Below the pieces are notes generated by a model. It had not been told where the DNA came from, searched no databases, and saw only the letters and a list, made by a program, of their open reading frames with translations. The translations under genes were made by a program, and so were the position numbers. A DNA stretch of 64,000 nucleotides from Escherichia phage I29: the sequence record ON286975; one strand, written 5' to 3'. This document shows, piece after piece, positions 1-9,883 of this stretch. How positions within the stretch are numbered: position 1 is the first letter of the stretch; each line of letters opens with the position of its first letter.

Positions 1-373
1 GCTCCCACGATACCAGATCTCCATACGAGGAAATAGGATTACCGTCGATGAGTATGTCCTCTATACCTTCCAGAGGATGATTAGCAAGAACAATGGCACA
101 ATGGAGGGTTCTGTCTCTGTCCTGCTCCAAAAACGCAAGCAGTCCAGACGTGCGTGTCTTCCCATACACTACAGAGCAGGGTGCAGCAGAAGATCTGAGA
201 AGCTTTTGTCTATCTTGCTGACTTCTGTAAGATTTGTTGCCCTCAAAAATCTTATCCAGAGTTCTGGTGGTAACAGTGTTCAGGCTGTCAGCCAGAGCTG
301 CCTTGGATGCGTTCCAGTCATAACTTGAAGATCTTGCAGAAGCAACGATGTTATCAATCATTGCAATTGGCAT
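1..373 (-). CDS. hypothetical protein, 3'-truncated by window edge
   Basis: Own translation of minus strand: ATG at 373..371 overlaps the TAA of the upstream gene; frame stays open for 124 codons (MPIAMIDNIVASARSS...GNPISSYGDLVSWE) to the window edge. Absent from ORF track because there is no stop inside the window. Confidence 0.4.
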   Translation of the reverse strand, partial: MPIAMIDNIVASARSSSYDWNASKAALADSLNTVTTRTLDKIFEGNKSYRSQQDRQKLLRSSAAPCSVVYGKTRTSGLLAFLEQDRDRTLHCAIVLANHPLEGIEDILIDGNPISSYGDLVSWE

Positions 374-798
374 TAATACCTCCAGACATCAACAACGATA
401 GAATCTTTCATGTCGAACATAAAGACCCCTTTATCACCTTTCGCCCAAATCTGGTTGTTCCAGAACACACCAGCGGTGAGCCCGTTCAGACCTTCGAAGA
501 TAACAATATCGCCACGCTGAACCTGTTTAGGAGTATCTAGTCGAGTCATAAAGAGATCAAAAATAGTAGGCAGGTGTGTGGTTTTGAAACGGAGCATGCA
601 CCATCTTTTGCTTTCCAACTCTGTTTTATACGTTCCTTCGAAGTTAGAAAGAAAATCTGTTCCGTATTGGGCATCAACACACTTAGCTGCAAAGGTGCAG
701 CAATCGTGGAATCCCCATTCAAAAGGTATGGTGGCCTCTTCGTCAAACACTCTCCACAATCTTTCTTGCCAATCCACTAAACGAGGGTGTGTGCTCAT
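373..798 (-). CDS. NlpC/P60-like cysteine peptidase domain protein (lambda gpK C-terminal-like), putative tail-associated
   Basis: ORF track 373..810; ATG at 798 overlaps upstream stop (TAATG), whereas the track start at 810 is TTG. Motifs HDCCTFA ... GDIVIFEG ... TAGVFW match the Cys/His pattern of NlpC/P60 peptidases. Confidence 0.45.
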   Translation of the reverse strand: MSTHPRLVDWQERLWRVFDEEATIPFEWGFHDCCTFAAKCVDAQYGTDFLSNFEGTYKTELESKRWCMLRFKTTHLPTIFDLFMTRLDTPKQVQRGDIVIFEGLNGLTAGVFWNNQIWAKGDKGVFMFDMKDSIVVDVWRY

Positions 799-1349
799 TA
801 AACCTCCCAAATGATCGGGCGGCTCGCCACCTGATCCACATATTTAAAAAATCTGTCATTATCGTTTCTTGAGCTGTGGCTTTCCTCCGTGTACCGATAA
901 GGAAAACCTCTTAACCAGCTGTTGAAGATGGAAGAGATGGATATGGACAAAGCACTATTCTCACCTGTCTGAATAGCCATATCTGTTATAAGTCCGTCAA
1001 ACAAGCCATTAGTTGTAACAGGTAGACCATTCTCCATAGCGGTAATGTACAACGTGGCACGACAACCAGAATACTCCGTCTTCAGCAGATCACCCACATA
1101 CTTGGGATCAAACCCGTTTAATGTTGCTACCACAGATCCGAAGTTGGTGGCATCTTTCTCAGACACAGCAGTTAATGTTGCTGATCCACCTATCCCTATA
1201 AAATGTTGCCCCTCAATTACTACAACACCAGTGCCTGAGCACACTCTGACAGTTCCTGTCGGTAGCTCCAGCTTTGCAGCAATTAAGATCTCAACACCAT
1301 CAAGCTCCAGCTTTTCAAGAAATAAATTATCTAATGGCGCTCTGATCAT
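798..1349 (-). CDS. hypothetical tail-region protein
   Basis: ORF track 798..1364; first ATG at 1349 sits 1 nt after upstream TAA (track start is TTG). Co-oriented and tightly packed with tail genes. Confidence 0.45.
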   Translation of the reverse strand: MIRAPLDNLFLEKLELDGVEILIAAKLELPTGTVRVCSGTGVVVIEGQHFIGIGGSATLTAVSEKDATNFGSVVATLNGFDPKYVGDLLKTEYSGCRATLYITAMENGLPVTTNGLFDGLITDMAIQTGENSALSISISSIFNSWLRGFPYRYTEESHSSRNDNDRFFKYVDQVASRPIIWEV

Positions 1350-1350
1350 C

Positions 1351-1941
1351 TTAAAAATCCTCAAAGAAGTTGATAACTATATTATCACCTTTTTGCATAG
1401 CATCGACTTTTTGCTTAATTTTATAAATATCTCTGATATGAAACCTACCCTTCGGAGATTGAGTTATTATCTTCATGGTGTCCCCTGCGGCAATAGGTTT
1501 TCTAAGTCTTGGAGATATGCCTATAACAGCAGACCCAACACCATCACTACGCACTGGAGCTGTTACCACTTTCAACTCATCGTTCACAGATATTTTATCA
1601 CCAGCTCTGGCTATGTCTCTGTTTGGCTCCCACCCGACCGTCTTCAAAAAATCGTCGTTACCAGTAGGCCCAAGGGCGATTGGCTCGTTAGCTGTTACAG
1701 AGTGACCGTAAGTTTTAATAAGAAAGATGTTCCCATCTTTATACACCTGATCAACAAAGCTCTTAAGCTCTAGCAACTGTGACTCGCTGATATTGGAGAC
1801 CGTCAAAGTGCCTTTCCAGTTAGGTGTGGCATAGGTTACTTTTTGCGTTTTACCTGTAAACGGACTTTTAAACGTAACAATATCTGCCAGCAGCTCCAAT
1901 CTAATATCTGGAAGGTATCTAGGCCTTTCCCATAAAAACAT
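1351..1941 (-). CDS. hypothetical tail-region protein
   Basis: 196-aa ORF; ATG at 1941 preceded by GGAGG RBS on the minus strand. Confidence 0.5.
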   Translation of the reverse strand: MFLWERPRYLPDIRLELLADIVTFKSPFTGKTQKVTYATPNWKGTLTVSNISESQLLELKSFVDQVYKDGNIFLIKTYGHSVTANEPIALGPTGNDDFLKTVGWEPNRDIARAGDKISVNDELKVVTAPVRSDGVGSAVIGISPRLRKPIAAGDTMKIITQSPKGRFHIRDIYKIKQKVDAMQKGDNIVINFFEDF

Positions 1942-2002
1942 TGTGCCTCCAGGTTAAACAATCATGATAGTTATTTTACCAGATTTTGAGTTAATACGCA
2001 AT

Positions 2003-2033
2003 ACAAACAAAAAGCCCCCGCCGAAGCGAGGGC
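2003..2033 (-). terminator. intrinsic terminator downstream of long tail fiber gene
   Basis: Minus-strand reading GCCCTCGC-TTCG-GCGGGGGC (8-bp stem, one GU pair) followed by TTTTTGTTTGT. Confidence 0.65.
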
Positions 2034-2040
2034 AAAACAG

Positions 2041-5000
2041 TTACTTCAGTTTCTCTTGCAACCCAGTAACAACCTCTGTCAATTTTTTAACCTGCTCCTC
2101 AAGGGCGGTTATTTTATCGTCCTGTTCCCTGCAAACCTGGACAAGCAAGCCTGTTACAGCTGCATAGTCAACGTTATAGAATCTTTCCTCAGTCATCAGA
2201 GGGGTGCCGTCTTGAGTAGGCCCTGGAACCTCTTTCCTTTGCACGAAAGACCCAACCGCTTCTGGTAATGCTTCCATAACTTCTTGAGCAATTACCCCTG
2301 CGTAAGGCATACCATTCTCTTTTAAAGTATAGGTATAGCCTTTCATCTTCCGGATAGCTTCTACAGCGTTAGGTATGACCTCGATATTATCCTTCAGGTC
2401 ACGGTCAGAACTTTGACTAACAGTGGTGCATTCTACTGCACCATTGACAGCAAAATATCTTGATTTGGCCTCATCTGTCTTGGCCCCGCAATGGAATACC
2501 CAGTTGGAGAGTGTTGAGTTATCACTTATCTGGAACTCAAGCACATTCTTCCGGTCTGCACCATTGCCCCAATAATATAACCTACCTGTATTAGCAGGTA
2601 TGTTGGAACTGTTGCCAACAGTAGCTCCGCCGCCAGTGTGGATTATAAACTCTGGGTCAAGATTCGAACCTTGAGTTTTCAAAGTGATCCCTTTGCCACC
2701 AAGCTGCTGCCAAGGTCCCCATGTGAAAACACTACCTATTGTTGTTCCATAACGCAGGAATTTTTCCCCAAGATATGATACATATTCCTGCACACAGCTC
2801 TCAGGCACGTTGGCGTAATTCCTGTACACAATAAGTGTACCTGCCTGAGCACAAGGGTAGTTTCTCTCCGGAGTGGCCTGAGCATTGGCCTCTTGGTGAT
2901 AAAAACCCTCTCTATCCCCTTTGTAGTCGTTAAGGTCATTAGTTCCCAACCCTTGACCACGGTGCTGAATAACTTTGTTCCACGCTCTGTGGTTTCCCTG
3001 CTCTATGGAACGAGTGTACAGCTGGTCTAAACGACCTGCCATCTGGAAAGCGTAGTTTCCAGAAAAACCAACCGACAACCCTGCTACAACCATGGAACCT
3101 TCAGGTCCGTTGACGTTACCAGCCATTATTTTAGAAGGGTTGTTATTTCCGAACTGGTTGTTCCAGTCTGCACCTGTGTGGCATACAAAACCACCAGGAG
3201 CTGAGAAAGTGCCATCTTTGTTGAAGTTGTAGAATTTGTGAGCAGAACCTACAACATCACGAACAATAACTTGACCAGCCTCTGGAGTAGATCTGAACTC
3301 TGCCTGTCCTTTGAGACCAGCACCATTACCGCATTTAGAGGTAAACGTACCGTTAGTCAGATCCTCTGTCCCATCTGATGCACACTGGAAGCCTGCATTA
3401 GAGAATAACGCCTTTCTAGGACTGCCGTAGCACAAATAGTTAAGACCGTCTGCCCATAGCTCGACTTTTGGCATATTCATTTTGCTCATCACAGCATAGC
3501 GTTCAGCAGTGCCTATATAGTGCCACTGTGTGCCGCCACCAGTGTAGAACCCTGAAGTCCCTTTGAAGTCAACAATAGGTCTGGTGTTGGTATTATTATC
3601 TCCAAGAACAGCAAGATTCAAATCTGCTGACTGGAGAGGTGCAACGAACTTAACACCGTCCTGATTGTCTGTTACAGAGCCAACCTGGTAATCTTGCTCC
3701 CTGGTAAACACCTCGACAACATTTCTACTTGCGTATATGCTGACAGGGAAAGCACGCGCCTCTGCATAGAAAGCAACATATTCTTGTTTACCCCTTGTTG
3801 GAGCAACCATCCCAAGAAGTGCTTTTTCATTCTGGTAGAAATTTACTACCCCGTAGAAAGAGTCTCCTCTGTCTGTCCAACCACCAGTTCTATAGTGACA
3901 CTGTAAGGTCGCACAGTTCATAGGGTCATTTCCAGATGAAGACCTGGTGACTATAGTAATATCTGTACCTGTCGAAGGGGCGTAATACGGATCTGTTCTA
4001 ACGATGATTGGGTAGTATTTCCCATCTTCCATCCCTGCGGTTCTTGGCAGTGTTAAGAAGTCTTTTACACCTGCTGCTATAGGAACTTTGAACAGATTCT
4101 GAGCATCTGCTAAAGTTGTAGCCCCAGTGCCACCTGCGGCTTGAGGTAGAGGTTCCCACTTGGCCTTCCGGTTGTTATAAACACCCCATTCAAGCGTTCC
4201 TTCACCTTGCTCGTCCATACCGCCATCCCAGACAACCATCTTGGCGGCTTTCTTGGACCCCCAGAAGCCTCTTTCTGCCCCTGAACTACGGATCCACTCT
4301 CCAAGTCCCCAGTTTGCCAGCTGACCGTTCAGATCACCAACCTGCATATATTTAGGACAATCTAAGACCCCATCCTCACGGAAGCCTAAATAGCTATGAG
4401 TTTCAGATCCTTTTGCGCCTTTGTGCAGGTGGATTGTCAACCAAGCCTTATTGTCGTTTCTTACCTCAGAGTAGATCCTATACCCATGCTCAAGGACACC
4501 GTCAGCGCCGTATTTATCCCCATGGAGAATACCTGATGGAGACTTAACCTCAGAAGTGCTTTGAGATAGGTAAAGGTGCCCGAAGGTAGGGGTATTTCTA
4601 GACCCGAGACCGATGTGCGATCTAAAGGTATCATCGTTACGAGGTCTGACCATCGGCTGCCATGCAGTCCACTGATTTGTGTTGGCCTGATAGGTTCTCA
4701 AATACCAAACATCTACGTTAGAGAATGGATAGTATTCCTGACGACAACCTGTACCGCCGTTAGCATTGTTCTGCCAGACAATCAAGTGACCAGCACCAGA
4801 ACCTGCAGGGTAACCATTTGCCTCAGTTGCATAAGCAGTCATCGGCTGGTAGTATACACCATCCTGATTACCAGTCAAGTTATTGATATTGAAATTTGGC
4901 TCAAGGGCTGCACGTTGCTTATAGAAAGCACCGATATTGATACGGACTCCAGCGGCATCTCTAGCCCCTGTGCCGCCTTGCTCTATAGCAAGAGGTTGCC

Positions 5001-5841
5001 ACGAAGCTGTTTGTTGGTTCCACATACCCCAACGGCCTGTTGCATCAAGCTGCAAGTACCCTGCCGTATTTAAATCATCTCCAGCACGGATAACTGTTCT
5101 TGTTGGGTTGTTTGCCTCTAGGCGTTTAAATTCATCACGAAGTGCTATTCTTTTCGTTGTTGCTACACCGTTGGTTACTGCAATGGTGTACATGGCTCCG
5201 GTGGTAGCGCCACGGAAAATACCATCAACAGTTGTAGTATCACGACGAGATACCACACCGTTCAGAAATTTTTCACCAGCTGCTACAGAAGGGTAGTTGG
5301 TAGTTCTTCCCTCTTCAATAACTGCAGGGCCAACAAAGTTATCAAGGTGAATAACATCGCCTACAGTGTGCACTGTACCAAAATCTACACGCTGTGCAAG
5401 TGCTTTGGCATCGTTAGCTGTCTGAACAGTAACATCCATTACATCCTGGACAGACTGCCCTTCGGCTGTCATGATCATAGATGCGCCAATGGTAGATTCC
5501 AGCTCCTCCCTTAAGGACGGGTCAGTATATACCATCCATGCAGCATCAGTGATCCCACCATCGGAGTACGGTGAAGACAGTGCAGGAACAGTGTGCGGAA
5601 ATTCGCCTTTCCAACGTAGGTAGAGGTCTTCCTCTTCGAAGTAGGCAAAATCCATTGGGCCGTTTAACTTACCACCTTCCTTAAAGGAGATTACATGAGA
5701 AACAGTCCCATCAACATGGACAACATCGCCAATTTTTACACGACGGGTCAGGTCTGGTTGTTGAACAACCAGGTAATCATCCTCTGTCACTGCGGTAGTG
5801 GCAGGAAGAGATTCAATTCTGACAACTTTAATATCAGCCAT
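2041..5841 (-). CDS. long tail fiber / receptor-binding protein with C-terminal intramolecular chaperone domain
   Basis: 1266 aa; AGGAG RBS before ATG at 5841. N-terminal ~100 aa paralogous to the 8477..9145 product. C-terminal ~120 aa contains SDRDLKDNIEVIP...KMKGYTY, matching the conserved Ser-Asp-x-x-Leu-Lys autoproteolytic chaperone motif of tail fibers and tailspikes. Confidence 0.8.
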   Translation of the reverse strand: MADIKVVRIESLPATTAVTEDDYLVVQQPDLTRRVKIGDVVHVDGTVSHVISFKEGGKLNGPMDFAYFEEEDLYLRWKGEFPHTVPALSSPYSDGGITDAAWMVYTDPSLREELESTIGASMIMTAEGQSVQDVMDVTVQTANDAKALAQRVDFGTVHTVGDVIHLDNFVGPAVIEEGRTTNYPSVAAGEKFLNGVVSRRDTTTVDGIFRGATTGAMYTIAVTNGVATTKRIALRDEFKRLEANNPTRTVIRAGDDLNTAGYLQLDATGRWGMWNQQTASWQPLAIEQGGTGARDAAGVRINIGAFYKQRAALEPNFNINNLTGNQDGVYYQPMTAYATEANGYPAGSGAGHLIVWQNNANGGTGCRQEYYPFSNVDVWYLRTYQANTNQWTAWQPMVRPRNDDTFRSHIGLGSRNTPTFGHLYLSQSTSEVKSPSGILHGDKYGADGVLEHGYRIYSEVRNDNKAWLTIHLHKGAKGSETHSYLGFREDGVLDCPKYMQVGDLNGQLANWGLGEWIRSSGAERGFWGSKKAAKMVVWDGGMDEQGEGTLEWGVYNNRKAKWEPLPQAAGGTGATTLADAQNLFKVPIAAGVKDFLTLPRTAGMEDGKYYPIIVRTDPYYAPSTGTDITIVTRSSSGNDPMNCATLQCHYRTGGWTDRGDSFYGVVNFYQNEKALLGMVAPTRGKQEYVAFYAEARAFPVSIYASRNVVEVFTREQDYQVGSVTDNQDGVKFVAPLQSADLNLAVLGDNNTNTRPIVDFKGTSGFYTGGGTQWHYIGTAERYAVMSKMNMPKVELWADGLNYLCYGSPRKALFSNAGFQCASDGTEDLTNGTFTSKCGNGAGLKGQAEFRSTPEAGQVIVRDVVGSAHKFYNFNKDGTFSAPGGFVCHTGADWNNQFGNNNPSKIMAGNVNGPEGSMVVAGLSVGFSGNYAFQMAGRLDQLYTRSIEQGNHRAWNKVIQHRGQGLGTNDLNDYKGDREGFYHQEANAQATPERNYPCAQAGTLIVYRNYANVPESCVQEYVSYLGEKFLRYGTTIGSVFTWGPWQQLGGKGITLKTQGSNLDPEFIIHTGGGATVGNSSNIPANTGRLYYWGNGADRKNVLEFQISDNSTLSNWVFHCGAKTDEAKSRYFAVNGAVECTTVSQSSDRDLKDNIEVIPNAVEAIRKMKGYTYTLKENGMPYAGVIAQEVMEALPEAVGSFVQRKEVPGPTQDGTPLMTEERFYNVDYAAVTGLLVQVCREQDDKITALEEQVKKLTEVVTGLQEKLK

Positions 5842-5877
5842 TCTTTCTCCTGAAAGGGGGCAAACAGCCCCCCTATG

Positions 5878-8475
5878 TTAAAGGTACAATCCACGGTATT
5901 GAGCATAAAGGCCCAGACCGCGAAGGATTTCGCCAGAGTGATAGCCAACCGGATCAGAAACTGCCCAGCAGCCGTTTAAAATATTATCCCCATTAATGAA
6001 GTGGTGCTTTTGCAGTAGCTTCACACAGGCTTCCACAACAATATCTATTTGAGGTATTGTCTCTGAATACCCGCACAGACCTAGCCAGCAGCAACCTGCA
6101 AGCCATTCACCTACCACCCACATCCTGTCTCCTCTGTCCTGATAAGAATATCCCCCAGAGGTGTTAAAGTCTGTAGGCAGATTTCCTGAATGAGATGACT
6201 GGAATCTGTTGAGGAACCATGCCCATTTCTGGCAGAACAGGAATAGTCTTTCATCAACAGGTTCTTTATGTTTCTTGAGCTCATATATTGTGCGGCACGC
6301 AGCAACAAAAGATCTTGACTGGAGCTTAGAGTTATCTACCATCTCCCACCAACCAGTCAACCCTTCATTACCTCTTTGCCATACATAACGTGAGGCAACT
6401 GGACCCTCTGTCTTAAATGTATTATTATACCAGACTTGAGCGTCATACAGAAAGCCTATTGTATTTGACAATCTATGGCGATCTATGTTTTCTGCACCCA
6501 TGCAGTAGACTGCTGGGTATTGCATGCCAGGGTAGGGCCAATTTGGCCTTTCCTCTAAGAGATAGTTTTCCTTATCTATCACCTTTCCGGCAGGGAACAC
6601 ACCTGGTGTGTGCCTGTATGCACCTTGCTTGTAGTTTCTGACATAGCAATCACCAACCTTGGCGGTTGATTCTGTCTTGCTTGCCATCCATACGCTAAAC
6701 CAGATTAGATAAGCATCCCTATCTGCAATATAGAATTGCGGCAGTGTGTTGACGCAATATAGATCAAACAAGCCATTACCTATCTGCCTGTCGCTTAGGC
6801 TGAAATCTACAGAGGTGAGTCCCTTAGGATTAGCAAAGAAAGGTTTAATCTCTTCTTCAGTGTGATGAGGTTGTGTCGGATCTAGTTTGAAATCTCCTAG
6901 AGTAAGAGTTTCTGTTATCCATTGTCCATTAGTGGCATATAGATCAGCATACCATAACCACCTGTCTTTGTCAAGAAATTTGACCCTTACCATCTCATCA
7001 TCTGATCGATAAGTTACTGAGTTTAAAGAAATCTCTCTTCCAAAGTTGAAAGTTACTTTGCCTCTTGCTATATTACAACGGGTGAAGTTGTCAGAGTGGT
7101 TGTAAATGTCAGTATCGTACTGCATACTAACACTGGCACCACCGCTCACGGCAATGTTTTCCTCTTTAGGTAAGAGGTACGGATTACCGTCTTTACCAAC
7201 TACCTCTACGAAATCAGTAACCTTGGCAACTATTTCTGTTACCTCTGCCCCTCCAAAAGGAACCCCTATCCTGTACTGTTTTTTGTTATTGTTGCCATCA
7301 TTAAGGATGAAATGTGGCTGGAACAGAACCCCTTCTCCTCCGAAATTCATAACAATTTCAGCATCTCTGCCTATTTTGTATGTAGTCCCTTTTTGAATTA
7401 TTTCGCAAGGCTGGCGTGCGTTCATTCTAAAATTGATATACCCGTCACTGTCTCTGCTCATGACAGGAACTGTTCCTGCAACAAGACAAGTACCGTCTGT
7501 AAACGGTGCCTTAATCAACGTGGTCTTTCTAAACAACTTGTCGTAGGCGTTTATATCACTGAAATTAAGCAACTTGTTGTAAGACTGTTTAAACGCGGTG
7601 TAATACTTTTCCTCACCTGTCAAGGTGTAGAGTTGATAACAAGCGTCACACCACATTTCTTCCCCGTCCAACTCTGGGGCCTGATTATCTGCAACCACGT
7701 TTATAGGATTTACAATTACAGGGGATCCAGCAGGTATCACCGATCCACCCTGCTCTTGAGGTAATCTTACACAATAGGTCACCTTGTGGCTTCCTGTAAC
7801 ACCCTTATCTTGTAATTGGATTGTGCCGAACTCTATAGACGTATGCCCACTGTCGGCTATGCTCCCGTTAGCCCAATAGCGGTTACCATCCCATGCTATG
7901 TACCACTCAACCCACCAACTTAATCCTGATGTTGTCCAATCTGGGTTAGCATCTGTGCCACCGTAAACATCAGAGTCTACAGTGTTTCTTCCTAACACAC
8001 CGTTATACGCTTGGAATGCCTTGTCCAGGTATTCCCCCCATGTCGGAGATCCAGCTGGGATTTTTCCTCTACCGTTGGTAAAAGACACTACCACATCTTT
8101 AAACCCACCGTGTGATGGAACCCCATCTGTGGATAGAGGGTAGTGGGACAATCTTTGCATTTTACTTTCTACGGCATATGCACCCAGAAGATGACTATTG
8201 TAAGCTTCCCAAGCATCTTTTGCCCTATCCAGATAGAAATCGCTTTTCGATGCCCTGTATGCTTCAATGTATCCCAGAATCAACACAGCTTGGGACTCAT
8301 GCATTGCCCAATCGTTATTTATCTTATTACCTGCCCACCCTGCAGCTATAAGACCATCAGGGTTTACTAGCTTATTTTGTGTAGGTGTGTTGGTAATACC
8401 TGTGTTGTTATCGAGGCACTTCCTGTGCCCCTCAATCATCTGAAATACGTTATCAATGTTGTGTTGAATACGCAT
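5878..8475 (-). CDS. putative tailspike-like protein, possible glycan-degrading enzyme
   Basis: 865-aa ORF between two fiber genes; its ATG lies 1 nt after the TAA of the upstream 222-aa anchor-domain protein. No anchor domain of its own. Enzymatic assignment is inference only. Confidence 0.45.
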   Translation of the reverse strand: MRIQHNIDNVFQMIEGHRKCLDNNTGITNTPTQNKLVNPDGLIAAGWAGNKINNDWAMHESQAVLILGYIEAYRASKSDFYLDRAKDAWEAYNSHLLGAYAVESKMQRLSHYPLSTDGVPSHGGFKDVVVSFTNGRGKIPAGSPTWGEYLDKAFQAYNGVLGRNTVDSDVYGGTDANPDWTTSGLSWWVEWYIAWDGNRYWANGSIADSGHTSIEFGTIQLQDKGVTGSHKVTYCVRLPQEQGGSVIPAGSPVIVNPINVVADNQAPELDGEEMWCDACYQLYTLTGEEKYYTAFKQSYNKLLNFSDINAYDKLFRKTTLIKAPFTDGTCLVAGTVPVMSRDSDGYINFRMNARQPCEIIQKGTTYKIGRDAEIVMNFGGEGVLFQPHFILNDGNNNKKQYRIGVPFGGAEVTEIVAKVTDFVEVVGKDGNPYLLPKEENIAVSGGASVSMQYDTDIYNHSDNFTRCNIARGKVTFNFGREISLNSVTYRSDDEMVRVKFLDKDRWLWYADLYATNGQWITETLTLGDFKLDPTQPHHTEEEIKPFFANPKGLTSVDFSLSDRQIGNGLFDLYCVNTLPQFYIADRDAYLIWFSVWMASKTESTAKVGDCYVRNYKQGAYRHTPGVFPAGKVIDKENYLLEERPNWPYPGMQYPAVYCMGAENIDRHRLSNTIGFLYDAQVWYNNTFKTEGPVASRYVWQRGNEGLTGWWEMVDNSKLQSRSFVAACRTIYELKKHKEPVDERLFLFCQKWAWFLNRFQSSHSGNLPTDFNTSGGYSYQDRGDRMWVVGEWLAGCCWLGLCGYSETIPQIDIVVEACVKLLQKHHFINGDNILNGCWAVSDPVGYHSGEILRGLGLYAQYRGLYL

Positions 8476-8476
8476 C

Positions 8477-9145
8477 TTAGATAGCTCCTGCGATAATCAA
8501 TGCCCCGTACCAAGTTAACCCGTTGTCGTAGGTTTCCAACTTGAAAATGTCTGTTGCACCAGCTGTAAATGTTAGGATAGGATCTCTTCCGTAGGACCAT
8601 TTAACATTACCAGGCCAATAGACTTTGTTGCCGCCAGAGGTCTGAGTAATGCATACGGTTATAGTTCTCGCCACCCCTTCAAGACCTTCTGTTTGATTTT
8701 CAAAAGAGATTGTGGTATTTGAAGTTAGTCGAACCTTAAAGGTATCCGCAACTTCAAGATCCATATCAAGCTGACCACCGATAGATCCGTAATCAACTAT
8801 TCTGCCAGAAGAAGTTGCAGCAAGCTCACCAAAAACAGACCAGGCGTTTGCAGACACACCCCCAGCACCCTCTACAGTGGAGTCTGGGAGGATTATTTTA
8901 GGATAATCCCCGTTCCACGTGTAGTAGCGCTTAGTTTCTGGATCATAAGCAAAGTCCTTCTTGCTCTTAAGATAACCACCCTCTGTGAAATAGACTATCT
9001 TAGTAATGCTAAGATCGTTGACAACATCGTCAATCTTAGCCTTTCTTGTCCCATCAGTCTGGTTGACAACCAAGAAGTCATCACTCAGGACTGTTTCTGC
9101 ATCTTCAAGATCTGGAATTGGTATTGTAGGATAAGCTACAGCCAT
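8477..9145 (-). CDS. short tail fiber / adaptor protein with conserved N-terminal anchor domain
   Basis: 222 aa; N-terminus (DDFLVVNQTDGTRKAKIDDVV ... FTEGGYLKSKKDFAY ... WNGDYP) aligns with the N-terminus of the 1266-aa fiber. Confidence 0.55.
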   Translation of the reverse strand: MAVAYPTIPIPDLEDAETVLSDDFLVVNQTDGTRKAKIDDVVNDLSITKIVYFTEGGYLKSKKDFAYDPETKRYYTWNGDYPKIILPDSTVEGAGGVSANAWSVFGELAATSSGRIVDYGSIGGQLDMDLEVADTFKVRLTSNTTISFENQTEGLEGVARTITVCITQTSGGNKVYWPGNVKWSYGRDPILTFTAGATDIFKLETYDNGLTWYGALIIAGAI

Positions 9146-9154
9146 GATTTCTCC

Positions 9155-9871
9155 TTAGTTAACATCAATAGCACGACCAGACTGGTTGGCAATAGCCTCA
9201 TCATTGGAGGTAGCAATAACACCAGAGTATTCGCGCTCATCTGGAGCAAGAGTCCAGGTATTGCGGTTAATGGTTTGTTCTGCCTCGGTCATCAGCAGAT
9301 CTTTATCCTGAGTCAACAGAGAGCCTACAGGGATAGGGTTTTCCATCTCAGGACCAGCATACTGGTTCCACCATGTGGCATCTCCGGTTCTAGGCAATCT
9401 GAAGTTGATCAGGTAGTACAGTTTATTGGCCCACTTAATCCAACCTTCATCATCACAGAGAGAGGTTGTCCCAGAATCAGGCTGTGGGTAGGTAAACTGA
9501 TCAAGACCTACGAAAGCCAGCCTTACAATCTCGTTCTCTTTGGTAACAACCTCAAAGAACGCTTGGTATGTTCTCGATCTTCGATCCATGGTAGACTGGA
9601 AGTTTACGATGTTTAGCACATCCGGCTCTTGTCTTGCCACTTCCATAATCTTGTTATCAAGAACAGTCTTCATGACCTTCTTACTGAGAAAGTCCATATA
9701 AGGGAAGCCAAACAACTCGTCAAAGTACCAGCTCCCCTTCCACGTATTAAACCTCATCCACAAGCGCTGGCGCAGACTTACCTGGTTTGAATCTATCAAC
9801 TCAAGACCTTTGTCTATCGCCAAATCGCCTGTCTGTGGGTCCATCAATATATCACTATAAAGCGTAGCCAT
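9155..9871 (-). CDS. hypothetical baseplate/tail protein
   Basis: 238-aa ORF between spike-like gene and fiber genes; position only. Confidence 0.4.
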   Translation of the reverse strand: MATLYSDILMDPQTGDLAIDKGLELIDSNQVSLRQRLWMRFNTWKGSWYFDELFGFPYMDFLSKKVMKTVLDNKIMEVARQEPDVLNIVNFQSTMDRRSRTYQAFFEVVTKENEIVRLAFVGLDQFTYPQPDSGTTSLCDDEGWIKWANKLYYLINFRLPRTGDATWWNQYAGPEMENPIPVGSLLTQDKDLLMTEAEQTINRNTWTLAPDEREYSGVIATSNDEAIANQSGRAIDVN

Positions 9872-9883
9872 GAAAGCCCTCTA

